64,000 nt of DNA, taken from the NCBI RefSeq assembly GCF_006345805.1, contig NC_043006.1:96534001-96598000 (forward strand). The letters are read 5' to 3'. Shown piece by piece: positions 11,691-24,189 of the stretch. Both the position numbers and the translations under genes were made by a program. The number at the start of each line of letters is the position of its first letter. The stretch's first letter is position 1. Source of the stretch: Octopus sinensis (lineage: Eukaryota). The notes beneath the pieces are model-generated. The model did not search any database. It saw only the letters and a list, made by a program, of their open reading frames with translations, and was not told where the DNA came from.

Positions 11691-12765
11691 TGGAAAACAT
11701 TTTTAAAATAGTGCTGATGAGAACTGCTCATATCCTACGAAAAATATTGTCTATATAATTCCAAAAACATTTTGACCTGTAAACATTAACAGAAGTACAT
11801 TTCAATGTACATAATAGCAAACTCTTTTTGCTGTCATCTTAAGAGCACTACTATCATCTTATCATCTAATTAAATTTAAAACAAACTTCTAATTTTCTTA
11901 TGTTTTGACATACATTCTCTAGGACAATACTCTGTCCAAATTCAAAAATATGGCCGCTTAGTCATAATACAAACTTGAACATCTAACTTGTTGTCGCTTG
12001 AAGTCTCTGGTTGAGACTTGGAGTCAACTTGTACAAATACAAAGTAAAAGCCAAACATACGATGATAATAGGCATAACCTTAATGATGATGAGCAACAGA
12101 AGAAGTTAACAAGAAGGACGGGCAAGATGAAAGGATGAAAGACCGTGTAGGTGTATAAGAAGACCGCACTCAGCGACCACTCGCAAAATAAAAGTGTAGG
12201 GGGTACGAAAATATGATACATGTTGCTTGTTAAGACTTCCATTAAGGGATATCATAAGGGATGCAAGATATCGTAATGTATAAAGAATTCTGCAACAGAA
12301 TCATCCAAACTGAGTGATTTAGAACAAAATAAAGAATTCAAATGCTTAACGGAAAGTGAGAGCTAAAGGTTAAACAACTGTGAGCGCGGCAGTGCGCGCA
12401 CTCGCAATTACGTTCACATAAAAAAAACATGCGCGCGCGCAAACACATACTCACACACATACACACACAAATATGCGTATGTATTAATATGTGTGTATAC
12501 GTGTGTATGCGTGTATGCACGCATGTATCCATATACACATATATATTTGGTTGTACTGATGGGAAAAAAGAACTCGATACTTGACATATAGTAAATATTC
12601 CATGCTATTGCCACAGAAGAGTGCAGGAGACACTCTAAATTCATATGTAATTCCTGCAATATATGTGTATGTATGTATGTATATTATAATTTGTACATTT
12701 ATGTTACATATACATATATATACATATATACATATATATACATATATACATACATACATACATAC

Positions 12766-12797
<32 letters not shown>

Positions 12798-13702
12798 GTA
12801 TGTATGCATACCCATGCACACACATCGCACACACACACACATATATATATGTGTGTGTGTATATATATAACTCTTGCAATACATACATATATAAGAGAAA
12901 GGTGAGAGAAGAAAATATACGTGTACGCACACACATTTAGATGTATATATACATATACACATATATGGGCACATATGCCTAGCTTCATACAGGCTACATA
13001 CAATAACGTACACCCACACACATAGATACACCTCTATCACTTTTGCTTATATGCATATAGTGTTAAATACACTTAGATACTCATTAAGATACACACACAC
13101 ACACACGTACACACACGCACACACACGCACACACACGCACACACACATGCACATATATCGATAGATAAATTGATTGATGCAGATGCGTATGCATACACAT
13201 ATCTCCATGGTGTACATCTTCCTCCATTTGCATATAAGGTTAATAAACACACATATGCGTATACACCCAATTAGATACACGCACACATATACAGGCGCAT
13301 CACATAAATACGTATATACGCGCGTCCCCAGCACGACGTACATATAACATTAATAAATGCATAAATATATACATAATTATATATACACATATATACACAC
13401 GCGTACACATATCTGCATAACATACATGCTTCCGTATTTGCATATTGCACAGCTATAAGTATATTTATTTTGTCATTTATCTTCGATGTTCGCTCCTGAA
13501 TGGTGAAGGAGAGGTGGCGCTGAGCGGGTGGATGTGGCGATGTTTTGGAGGGTGGAAGGACACTAACATCCTTTAATTGTTGTTGTTGTTGTTGTTGTTG
13601 TTGTTCTATTTTCATGGCTGGGTGTTGTGTCAGTCAGTCAGTCAGCTTCTCACTCACTCACTCAGTAAGTGAGCAAAATCGGATGACAGAGAAATATGGG
13701 AG

Positions 13703-13893
13703 GACAATGGCGGTGTAGGTGATATGGCGTGGAGAATAGAGACGAAAACGAGAAGGCATTGAATGGGGGTTGGATGTGGTGTAGATCTGGTGATGGAGAC
13801 TTGGATGACAATGGTGGTGTAGGTGATATGGCGTGGAGAATAGAGGCGAAAACGAGAAGGTGGATGTGGTGTAGATCTGGTGATGGAGACTTG
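13703..13893. repeat. tandem duplication, period 104 bp
   Basis: GACAATGG(C/T)GGTGTAGGTGATATGGCGTGGAGAATAGAG...GTAGATCTGGTGATGGAGACTTG at 13703 and 13807; the second copy lacks an internal segment. Confidence 0.9.
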
Positions 13894-14099
13894 ACTGAAA
13901 AAATAATGGCGGAAAAAAGATAGAATGGAAACCGCAGTAAAATTACAGAAAAATTACATAGCCTCATAGTGTTGCTCTTGTTATTGTTATTGTGGAAGTT
14001 TATAATATCTTTTTTTTTGTTGTTGTTGGATGTATAGTCTGTTTGTTGTTGTTCTTTTGTGCGTAAGTTGTGCGTAAGCGTTGTTGAATTTGTTGTTGT

Positions 14100-15060
14100 T
14101 GATGAAGTTGCTAGAGGATGGTGGCGATGGTGGTGCCGCTTGTGGTGGCAGCGTTAGTGGCGTTGATGAATGGTGCCGGTGTGCAGTCGGTGGATGACTT
14201 GGGATGGGTGATTGAGGAATGAAGGCTGATATTGGGTGTTAGGGTGGTAATGAAGGTAGTGATGGTCGTGGTGGGTTTTAATGGTAATTAGCTTCGTAGT
14301 GACGGCGGCGGCAGCGGCGGCGGTGATGGTGGTGGTGGTGGTGGTTGTGGTGGTGGTGGTGGTGGTGCTGACTATGATATTATCGGCGAGTGGAGTCGGG
14401 GTATTGTTGATGTTGCTGGGTGGAACGGCTGTGGGGTGGCGTTAGCGGTTGCGGGGTTGGTGGTGTAAGTTGTGATGGAGTGTTGCTGCTGTTAGTGTTA
14501 AACGAACGAGAAAAAAATATAAGTCGGGATCAATAATTATGATTGATGAAAAGGATCATGCAGAGAGGAGAGGCTGAACAGATGATGATGATGACGACGA
14601 CGACGATAGCGACGACGATGATGATGACAGCGATGACGATGACTATGGTGGTGATGATGATGATAATGACAACGACGGCGACGGTGATGATGTTGATGAT
14701 GATGATGATGATGATGACGATGACGATGATGACGAAATTGATGCCGACGACGACGATGACAACGATGATGATGGTGCTGATAGTAGCTATAGTGAGATTG
14801 AGAATGATGATGACAGTGATGATGGTGATGACGAGGAGAACGGTGACGATGATGAAGCCTTCGATAATGACATGAAAATGATGATGAAGATGATAATGAC
14901 AAGACTACAAGAATGGTGATGACGATAAAGATGATGATGATGATGAGAACAACGCCGACGACGCCTATGATGAGAGTAGTAATGAGAGTAATGATGGCAA
15001 GAACGAGAAACATGATGAGAATGATGATGAGGGGAAAATGAGGAAGGAAGATGCTGTTTG
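14100..15060. repeat. degenerate GGT-rich and GAT/GAC-rich low-complexity tracts
   Basis: Direct reading. Confidence 0.9.
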
Positions 15061-15354
15061 TTATAATGATGATCTTCATAAGAAGGATGGTCCTACTGAT
15101 AACAGAGTCAATGCCACAGAAATTGAAAATATAGTTTTCAAATTCTGCAACAGGCCAGCAGTTTCGGAGAAGGAGGTAAATCGATTATATCGTCCCCAGT
15201 ATTCTACAAAGAATTATTTTAACCAAATTATATAATGAAGTTGGTTAAATGTGAGACCTTGATAAAAGCGTATAAGAAATATAAGAATAACATTTGATGG
15301 GAAATATACATGTACACACACACACACACACACACACACGTACATCCATATTTT

Positions 15355-15758
15355 ACCGACCTCGAAAAAAGAAGTACAAAATCGACCCCGACAGAATTTG
15401 CACTTAGAACGTAAATTGAAAATATTTTTTTCTACTCTAGGCACAAGGCCGAATGTTTTTGGAGACGGGGTCAGTCGATTAGATCGACCCCAGTTCGCAA
15501 CCGGTACTTAAATTATCGACCCCGAAAGGATAAAGGGCAAAGCCGACCTCGGCGGAATTTGAACGCAGAACGTAATGACAGACGAAATACCGTTAAGCAT
15601 TTCGCCCCAGTGAGTAAGTGGTATTTAATTTATCGACCCCGAAAGAGTGAAAGGAAAAGTCGACCTAGGCAGAATTTGAACTCAGAACGTTGTGATGTAT
15701 GAAATACAGCTAAGCATTTCGCCCGACGTGCTAACGTTTCTGCCAGCTCGCCGCCTTA
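15355..15758 (-). mobile_element. tRNA-derived SINE family B, three nested or partial units
   Basis: Reverse complement of GGCGGCGAGCTGGCAGAAACGTTAGCAC...GAGTTCAAATTC.GCC.AGGTCGAC...CTTTCGGGGTCGATAAATTAA, repeated. Confidence 0.9.
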
Positions 15759-16059
15759 GAAATTGAAAATATTGAGAAATATCAGGATCGAGGCAGAGAG
15801 CTGAAGAGACTGGAAGACTAAGACAGCAATTATTCCTGTAGTTTTTGATGCACATAGCACAATGATGATAATTACTTCTGATGACAATGACAAGATTGTT
15901 ATCTTAAGTTATAATGTAATCAGAAGCCCGCGTATATAGTTCTACACTTTAGTTATCCAGCTGAAAATTGGCAGTAATAAAAAGGGCAACAGGCGCTATA
16001 TCTGATGAAATAAAGGCGTAGGCTATGATTCTCCTCATTCCTAGGTTGCATTTCAAAGA

Positions 16060-16415
16060 GTGTCATCTAATATCATTTGCATTTTCTTGAGTGCTTTATT
16101 AGGAAATAGCTCACTTTAGTAGGATATCATATTTAGAACGTTTCTCCCTGTCTTGCTGTTGAGTTTACAGTTAGAGTCATAGTTGGCGAGCTGGTCCATA
16201 ATGTCTGGTGTCTTGGTGAAACTGTTATTAAGAAATTCAATACAAAGAATATTTCGTGGTGTTAAGGGCTCTACAGTAGGGCGCTTCAGATTCATTTTAG
16301 ATGTTTTACTATGCAAACTCCTGCAATTCTTCAACGATAATTACACTGAGACTCTGTAAACTCCTACAAACTTTCTGCCTTTTCCTTTTTTGACCAGCAC
16401 AACGACTAGCACAGT
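16060..16415 (-). mobile_element. possible non-LTR RT relic
   Basis: VLVKKGKGRKFVGVYRVSV*LS loosely resembles the RT motif I.K.G......YRPISL; the rest is not recognisable. Confidence 0.3.
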
Positions 16416-16421
16416 CTTGTA

Positions 16422-16855
16422 AAGGTCGTCGTCGACTTACGGCCACAATGGGTTCCGACTGACTGGTCGTGAGTGGATTTGGTTGTAAGTCGGTCTATAG
16501 GCCAACATAGCTTTGTTTTATATTTTTACATTCTTAACGTACATTCTGTATTATACGATTACACTGGCGTTAGTCAAAAATTTCAGAGTCTCATGCAGCC
16601 GTCTTATAAGCAAATACGAAGTTGCCTCGATGTCTCCGCGACAGGATCGTCATACAACACAGTGGCGTTCGATGACCAAACCCTAGGGGAAGCGTTTTTT
16701 TGTTGACATCATCTGCAGACGGGTTAATTTCTAAGAAATTAATGTCTAAGAAATAAAACCCATTAGATTTCAACTGGATTATTTATTATTGCGCGCTAAT
16801 CGTCGTATATTCGATTGGTCGTAAGTCGGATAGGTCGTAACTCGATGACTACCTG
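16422..16855. mobile_element. pogo/Tigger-type non-autonomous DNA transposon (MITE)
   Basis: Imperfect TIRs AAGGTCGTCGTCGACTTACGGCC / GGTCGTAACTCGATGACTACCTG, with TA on both flanks; resembles CAGGTAGTCCTCGACTTACGACC-type TIRs. Confidence 0.7.
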
Positions 16856-17075
16856 TAATTGACAATTGCTGGTTGTATTACTTTGTCAAATTGCAGAGAA
16901 TCATTGACGTATCTGGTCATAATTTCTTCTAAACTTTCTCCTTGAACTTCGAGATTAATTCGTCGCAAGAAACTTTTATAAAATCTATAATATTTCTGAA
17001 TTAGGTACTTTTTCCTACAGCCCTTGAGAAACTGCTCATAATAATTTAGTTGGTTAAAAGTGAGATTTAGATATA

Positions 17076-17276
17076 ACTCTCTTTTTTACCCTTTTACTTG
17101 TTTCAGTCATTTCACTGTGGCCATGCTGGAGCACCGCCTTTAGTCGAGCAAATCGACCCCGGGACTTATTCTTTGTAAGCCCAGTACTTATTCTATCGGT
17201 CTCTTTTGCCGAACCGCTAAGTGACGGGACGTAAACACATCAGCATCGCTTGTCAAGCAATGCTAGGGGGACAAAC

Positions 17277-17309
<33 letters not shown>

Positions 17310-17480
17310 CATATATACGACAGGCTTCTTTCAGTTTCCGTCTACCAAATCCACTCACAAGACATTGGTCGGCCCGGGGCTATAGCAGAAGACACTTGCC
17401 CAAGATGCCACGCAGTGGGACTGAACCCGGAACCATGTGGTTGGTTAGCAAGCTACTTACCACACAGCCACTCCTGCACC
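17076..17480 (-). mobile_element. SINE family A, full length
   Basis: Complete head, body and tail. Confidence 0.95.
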
Positions 17481-18031
17481 TTTAAGCATATATAAGAAAT
17501 ATATGAATAATATTTGAGATGGGAAATATATATAAACATACATATACACATATTCACACACAGACACACAGACACATACACACTCACATATACATACACA
17601 TATATTGTGTAGGCGTTGAATGTTTTGAGAAGTTCGTTTTGTAAGTATGAGAGCCAGGTTTTGATTCCACCAGTTGGAATCATAGGAAAATGTCATATTG
17701 CTTCGGATTGATGTATATCTTGTGAATGAAACAAAGTAGGCGGGGACTGTACAGAAACACGCCAGGTACGTTGAACCTGTAATTCAAGTGACACACTGAC
17801 TGAGTATGGGAATAACTCAGAAGTACACATGTATGTGGAATACTCAGCCACCTAGACGTTAATTCAGAAGCAGGTCATGCTTGATTAAAGAATTGAAACT
17901 ATATCTTCGAACGACAGACGGTGACCCACCACACCCCCACTAACACCAGGCTCACAGCCCGAAGATTGCCTAACCACGCGTTTTAATGCGAAGAATCCAT
18001 TGTAGTCTATTTTTATAGTGTATATATTATA

Positions 18032-18126
<95 letters not shown>

Positions 18127-18127
<1 letters not shown>

Positions 18128-18313
18128 CGCAGGAGTGGTTGTGTAGTAAGTAGTTTGCTAACCAGACACATGGTTCTGGGTTCAGTCCCACTGCGTGGCA
18201 ACCTTAGGCAAGAGTCTTCTTCTATAGCTTCTGGCCGACCAAAGCCTTGTGAGTGGATTTGGTAGATGGAAACTGAAAGAAGGCTGTCATATATATATAT
18301 ATATATATATGTG

Positions 18314-18398
<85 letters not shown>

Positions 18399-18565
18399 TG
18401 TGCGTTTGTGTTCTACGTCCACGTAACTTAGCGGTTCTAGAAAAGAGACCGATAGAATAAATACTAGGCTTACAAAGAATAAGTCCCGGGGTCGATTTGT
18501 TCGACTAAAGGCGGTGCTCCAGCATGGTCGCAATCAAATGACTGAAACAAATAAAGGAATAAAAG
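18127..18565 (+). mobile_element. SINE family A with expanded internal (TA)/(TG)/(CG) tract
   Basis: GCGCAGGAGTGG...GGGTTCAGTCCC head; tail ends GAATAAAAG. Confidence 0.95.
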
Positions 18566-18572
18566 TATACGA

Positions 18573-18605
<33 letters not shown>

Positions 18606-18608
<3 letters not shown>

Positions 18609-18807
18609 TTCTCTTTTCTCTCTTTTACTTGTTTCAGTCATTTGACTGCGGCCATGCTGGAGCACCGCCTTTAGTCGAGCAAATCGACCCCGGACTTATT
18701 CTTCGTAAGCCCAGTACTTATTCTATCGGTCTCTTTTGCCGAACGCTAAGTGACGGGGACGTAAACACATCAGCATTGGTTGTCAAGCAATGCTAGGGGG
18801 ACAACAC

Positions 18808-18838
<31 letters not shown>

Positions 18839-19005
18839 CATATATACGACAGGCTTCTTTCAGTTTCCGTCTACCAAATCCACTCACAAGGCATTGGTCG
18901 GCCGGGGCTATAGCAGAAGACACTTGCCCAAGATGCCACGCAATGGGACTGAACCCGGAACCATGTGGTTGGTTAGCAAGCTACTTACCACACAGCCACT
19001 CCTAT
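18606..19005 (-). mobile_element. SINE family A, full length
   Basis: Complete copy, tail-to-tail with the 18127-18565 copy. Confidence 0.95.
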
Positions 19006-19006
19006 A

Positions 19007-19049
<43 letters not shown>

Positions 19050-19060
19050 ATATATATATA

Positions 19061-19635
19061 TAGGGTGCGATGGTAATTGCCGCTATTCTATATTCTTAAT
19101 TTTAACGCATACGCATTTTTTGTTTTTGATCTCGTCGACTACACAGTATTGTAGGATCAGCTGGGCACGGTCTGTCAGAAAAACAACACCATGACGCAAT
19201 TGACTCTGCCGGAACTTAGGAAACGACTTGCTGTACCGCTTGGCATTCGCGCCGGAAGGTCCACCACGAATATTTTAGTGTATCTTAAGTGTCAATCTGA
19301 GGACAGTGCAGAGGATTCGGAAAGAGTTGGATAAGTATATTGGCGATTACGAAAGTACGGCTGCTCGAAAACTCACTCTGCTCGTTCTGATCAGAAAAGA
19401 ACTGAATTTGTTGTGAGATCCAGGCCTTGATTGACAACGATCCCTCCAAGTCAATCAAGTCCATCGTCAGAGACATGGGAGTGTCCGAGTTTCTTATCAT
19501 GCATAAAGACATTCAGTATTCCTCATACAAGATGAGAAAAGGCCACTTTTTGTGCCAAACCATGAAGGACGAGTGGAAAGATTGCGCTACGAAGCTTCTG
19601 AACGAATTCAAGCATCCCCTGCAACCGAACATGCG
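19061..19635 (+). mobile_element. Tc1/mariner transposon 5' fragment (DNA-binding part of the transposase)
   Basis: Begins after a TA tract; ATG at 19191; MTQLTLPELRKRLAVPLGIRAG...TVQRIRKE...IDNDPSKSIKSIVRDMGVSEFLI...YSSYKMRKGHFL...KLLNEFKHP. This is HTH-like and stops just before the catalytic DD(D/E) domain. Confidence 0.8.
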
Positions 19636-19878
19636 TTGGTGGACAGAAATCGGTCGGATTGTTGGAGGGGAAGTCGGAAGGGGTGGTATGCGCAAGTATG
19701 CAGTTGTATGTGTGGGCGTGTTGCATATATGGTTTTGCCTGCATGTCCGTGTTGATGTTAGCGTGCGCAACTGAACATGGGCACACACGCGCCTCGTCAC
19801 ATGTATGAACGTACATGCGCGCGCACAGTCACATATACACGCGCAACACACACATGCACACACATGTGTATTTATTTA

Positions 19879-19932
<54 letters not shown>

Positions 19933-20362
19933 TGCATGCATACATACATGCACGCAAGCATATTAGTGTGCTCACACACGCGCATGCGCATGCATGAGTA
20001 TACATGCGCATAACAAGCATTGGATTGGTAAGCGTTGGAGCTGGGTAATTGGTGGTGGTGTGCAGGCACACTAATACGCATGCGCGCATGCATCCATGCA
20101 TGCATATATACATATGTGGATATAAATGAACACGCATGCGTGTGTATGTGCGTTTATGTGTGCGCGCGCACATGCTCGTTTATATGTTTGTGTGTTATGT
20201 GTGTGCGTGGATGTGCGCGTACGCGTCTATGTACAGATGCGCACGCTGGCATCAATACAGATATGCACGCAAACCCGTATGGGCGTCCACACACCCCCAC
20301 ATATATACTGGCGCATACCGCTCTTTCCTACTTCCCGACCGATTTCCTGTCCACCACGCGGT
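19633..20362. mobile_element. fold-back element with ~150-bp imperfect inverted arms
   Basis: 19633-19790 is the diverged reverse complement of 20218-20362; the centre is CA/TA microsatellite-like sequence. Confidence 0.65.
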
Positions 20363-20454
20363 CGATTTCCTGTCCACTGCGTAATCGATTTCCTGTCCAC
20401 CACGCAGTCGATTTCCTGTCCACTGCGTAATCGATTTCCTGTTCACCATGCGGT
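20340..20454. repeat. 23-bp minisatellite, five units in A-B-A-B-A order
   Basis: CGATTTCCTGTCCAC followed alternately by CACGCGGT-type and TGCGTAAT 8-mers. Confidence 0.95.
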
Positions 20455-20500
20455 ATTTTCCAATCAGCTGTTGTCGCTGATATACCGATATACCAAAAGG

Positions 20501-20924
20501 TAAGGCGGCGAGCTGGCAGAAATGTTAGCACGCCGGGCGAAATGCTCAGCGGTATTTCGTCTGCCGTTGCGTTCTGAGTTCAAATTCCGCCGAGGTCGAC
20601 TTTGCCTTTCATCATTTCGGGGTCGATAAATTAAGTACCAGTTATGCATTGGGGTCGATATAATCGACTTAATCAGTTTGTCTGTCCTTGTTTGTCCTCT
20701 CTGTGTTTAGCCCCTTGTGGCTAGTAAAGAAATAGGTATTTCGTCTGCCGTTACGTTCTGAGTTCAAATTCCGCCGAGGCCGACTTTGCCTTTCATCCTT
20801 TCGGAGTCGATTAAATTAAGTACCAGTTACGCACTGGGGATCTATATAATCGACATAATCCGTTCTTCTGTTCTTGTTTGTCCTCTCTGTGTGTTTAGTC
20901 CCTTGTAGGTAGTAAGGAAATAAG
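20501..20924 (+). mobile_element. SINE family B dimer
   Basis: Full unit plus second body joined at AAAGAAATA|GGTATTTCGTCTGCC; flanked by an 18-bp TSD TATACCGAT(A/G)TACCAAAA (20481-20498, 20925-20942). Confidence 0.92.
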
Positions 20925-21187
20925 TATACCGATGTACCAAAATCAAACTACGACAACACCTGACCTTCTTCGACCAACCCCGGCCCACCTTACAGTAATA
21001 ACAATCAACTTCTTTCTTTCAAATTCAAAACGGCTCAAGACTAGCATCAGTTTGAAACTCAGGAGTACCAACGAATTTGAATCAAACTGTTTTGATCCAT
21101 ACATGTAACTCCCAATACATTTGTTCAGAGCCCTTGTTTGGTTTGTCCACTCACTCATATATATAGCTGTGTGTGTGTCTGTGTGTG

Positions 21188-21221
<34 letters not shown>

Positions 21222-21500
21222 GAGGGAAAAAGAGAGAGAGAGAGACAAACAGACAGAGACAGAGAGAGAAAGACTACTGGTCCTGTAAAAAGCTGATATA
21301 TATTGTAGCTGAAACTAGAACCTAGGTTGGACAATGCAATAACTGTCCTCACATCCTCTGGGTGTTTTTATTGTCAAAGAAGACTGTCGCCTGAGATGAG
21401 GAGAGTTCGTGAAATAGTTTATGGAAATTCTAAGTATCGATGATGAAAATAGCAGGTTGTATGCGTATGTATGTGCATGTACGTGTGAGTGTGTGTGCGT

Positions 21501-21572
<72 letters not shown>

Positions 21573-21601
21573 TATATGTATATGCGTAAATGTAGATATA
21601 T

Positions 21602-21643
<42 letters not shown>

Positions 21644-22532
21644 GCATATGTGTATATATATATATATGTATATATATGTGTATATATATATATATACATA
21701 TATAATATAATATGTATGCACACGCACATATGTATATATATACATACATGCATACATATATATATACACACACTCACATATATATATAATGGAGGTAACA
21801 AATGACAACAAAATATATGTATGCATATATTATTTTATATATATGCATATTTATATATTCATGTATTATTTATTATATATGTATATGCATATACACATAG
21901 CATACGCACACACACACACACTCATGTATGTATGTATGTATGTATGTATGTATGTATGTATGTATGTATGTATGTATGTATGTATAGGTTTATAACTCAA
22001 TATATTCGTAGAGTGGTGCATATATATTAATATTCATGTAAGGACGACTGACAGGGGATTTAGAGGCCAACGATATATTGATAAATAGATCGATAGACAC
22101 GAGTCCAACGATGATAAATTTGACTGACCAGAGGTTGTAGTTCTCAATACTGGTATTTTCCAATTCACTCAGAGATTTGTGCCATTCTGATTATTTCCAT
22201 ATATACATATAAGTCTGTGTTTGTATGCATTCATATTTATATACATTCATATATACCTTTATATTTGAGTGCGCATGTATTATGTATATATGTATGTATA
22301 CGATAAGTTATGTGTGTATATATATATTTACATATATACGTAAATGCATACGCATGTGCAATCTTGAAAACACGTCTGTGATCATATTTCATTAAGTCTT
22401 TCTTCATCTATCGTTATGAGAATTTTACAGTTTTTCGGGAACAGTGAATTTAAAGCAAAATATGTCCTCAGTATATATATCTGTTGGGCAAGATTTTTTA
22501 TGTGAAGTCGTGTGTTGAAACAGACATTGTTG

Positions 22533-22608
22533 TATTTTGGAATGGTCATTTTGCCAGTTTAGCCAATAAAAACACACGCTAAACTGACAAAATGACCATT
22601 CCGAAATA
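22533..22608. repeat. near-perfect 31-bp-arm hairpin
   Basis: GGAATGGTCATTTTGCCAGTTTAGC-CAATAAAAACACAC-GCTAAACTGACAAAATGACCATTCC; left arm plus loop recurs at 27004-27051. Confidence 0.95.
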
Positions 22609-22854
22609 TATGTTCTCAGTACATAAACGCATATGCATATACACATACATGTGTGTGCGTGTGTGTGTATACAATTGTGTGTTGTGCATGTGCGTATAGG
22701 GGGGTGGCTGATTTAAATATATATACACGCACATATATGTATGCATGTAAGTATGTATGTATACATGTGTGTGTGTATCTGCGCTTATACTATTGTGTGT
22801 TTCTGCATGTGTATGTGCGTGTAGGGTAGCAGTTATAAACATATATACATACAT

Positions 22855-23020
22855 AAATACATCATGGCTGCCCCCTCGAAGCTTAACTTTTACTGGTGCT
22901 GTGATCGAATGTGACTTTTTAGCCCAGCTAAAGATCTACAATATCTTGTTCAGAATTGGCAACTAAAACCTTTACCGGTAATAGCCGGCTGTAGTTGTAA
23001 CTGGGCTTCATGTACCTTTG
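22855..23020 (-). mobile_element. RTE LINE extreme 3' end with C2H2 finger
   Basis: Minus strand GKGFSCQF*TRYCRSLAGLKSHIRSQH fits C-x2-(C->TGA)-x12-H-x4-H, then GAGGGGGCAGCCA and an ATGT-like tail. Confidence 0.7.
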
Positions 23021-23055
23021 CATACATACATACATACATACATACATACATACAC

Positions 23056-23086
<31 letters not shown>

Positions 23087-24189
23087 AATATATTTCCTTG
23101 TGTAGTTGTCTTGTACTCTGTTTTTTCGTTGTTAAAGGAATGGTCCGTTCCATGCTGTTTTTACGTTTTCGTTTCTCGTTGAGTTCTACGTCTATTTGTA
23201 GTGTCCTGTATACACGTATATATATTTATATATGCATGTATATATACATGTAGATGTAGGTACGTACATATATGTTTGTATGTATGCATATATTTTATTT
23301 ATTACACTATATATATATTATATATATATATATTATATATATAATATATATATATATGTGTGGTGTGTGTGTGTGGTGTGTGTGTATGCATGCGTGCGTG
23401 TGTATGTGTGTAAATGTGTGTGTGTGTGTGTGTGACGGAGCGTGAGCAGCAACGAAAAATATGAAAATGAAATAAGCACCGTGTTATGTTTTCTTTCTGA
23501 AAGAATCACCGTAGCTTTGCTTCATCGAATGTTACATTGCACACGTCTGTGTGAAATAGTGTTTGCCCACAACGAATAATCTCTGTTAAAAGTGCACAGC
23601 AGACATTTGGAATGGGGGCGACAGACTAACTGTCCTGTTCGTCAATTCATCTACGCCAAATCTATGAAAAGCAACGTCGACCTTGGAAGGACTTGCACTG
23701 TTAACGCCGTTATATGTAACTTAATATAATATCGCAAAACTCTTTGTTCGGCGTTCCATCGTTTCTGCCTATTCATTACTTCTTGTCTGTTAATTATCAA
23801 AAAGCATTGTAAGAATTTTTTTTGTTATATTTAAAGGATATGTCGAAATGAGATAAATTGAAAGTATGACAATTGTTTCATTAGACTTGTAAGATCTAAG
23901 TTAGGAAATTTGGTATGCAATTTCCCAAGTGAATAAGTGAAGCTAGAGAATGCGTTAAGAGATTCCAAGTTACGGTAATTCAATAATTTCTCCAGAAAAA
24001 TTACAACGAAAATCTAATGGGTTAATAGTAAATAGATGCATCCGAGATAAAGACTTAGGATAAAAAAAACGTCTGGCCCGATGTCTAAAAATGTAAATTT
24101 GATTTTGTTCATTGTACAATTGAAAACCATGGTTCTGTCATTTTAAATATTAGAACCATTAAATATTAGAACAATATTAGAACCATGGT

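Noticed and set aside
13227-13442. Octamer ATTTGCAT sites
   Set aside because: Expected by chance in AT-rich, ATGC-rich microsatellite-derived DNA.
20340-20454. CRISPR-like repeat-spacer appearance
   Set aside because: The variable parts are only 8 bp and alternate between two sequences; no cas genes; eukaryotic context.
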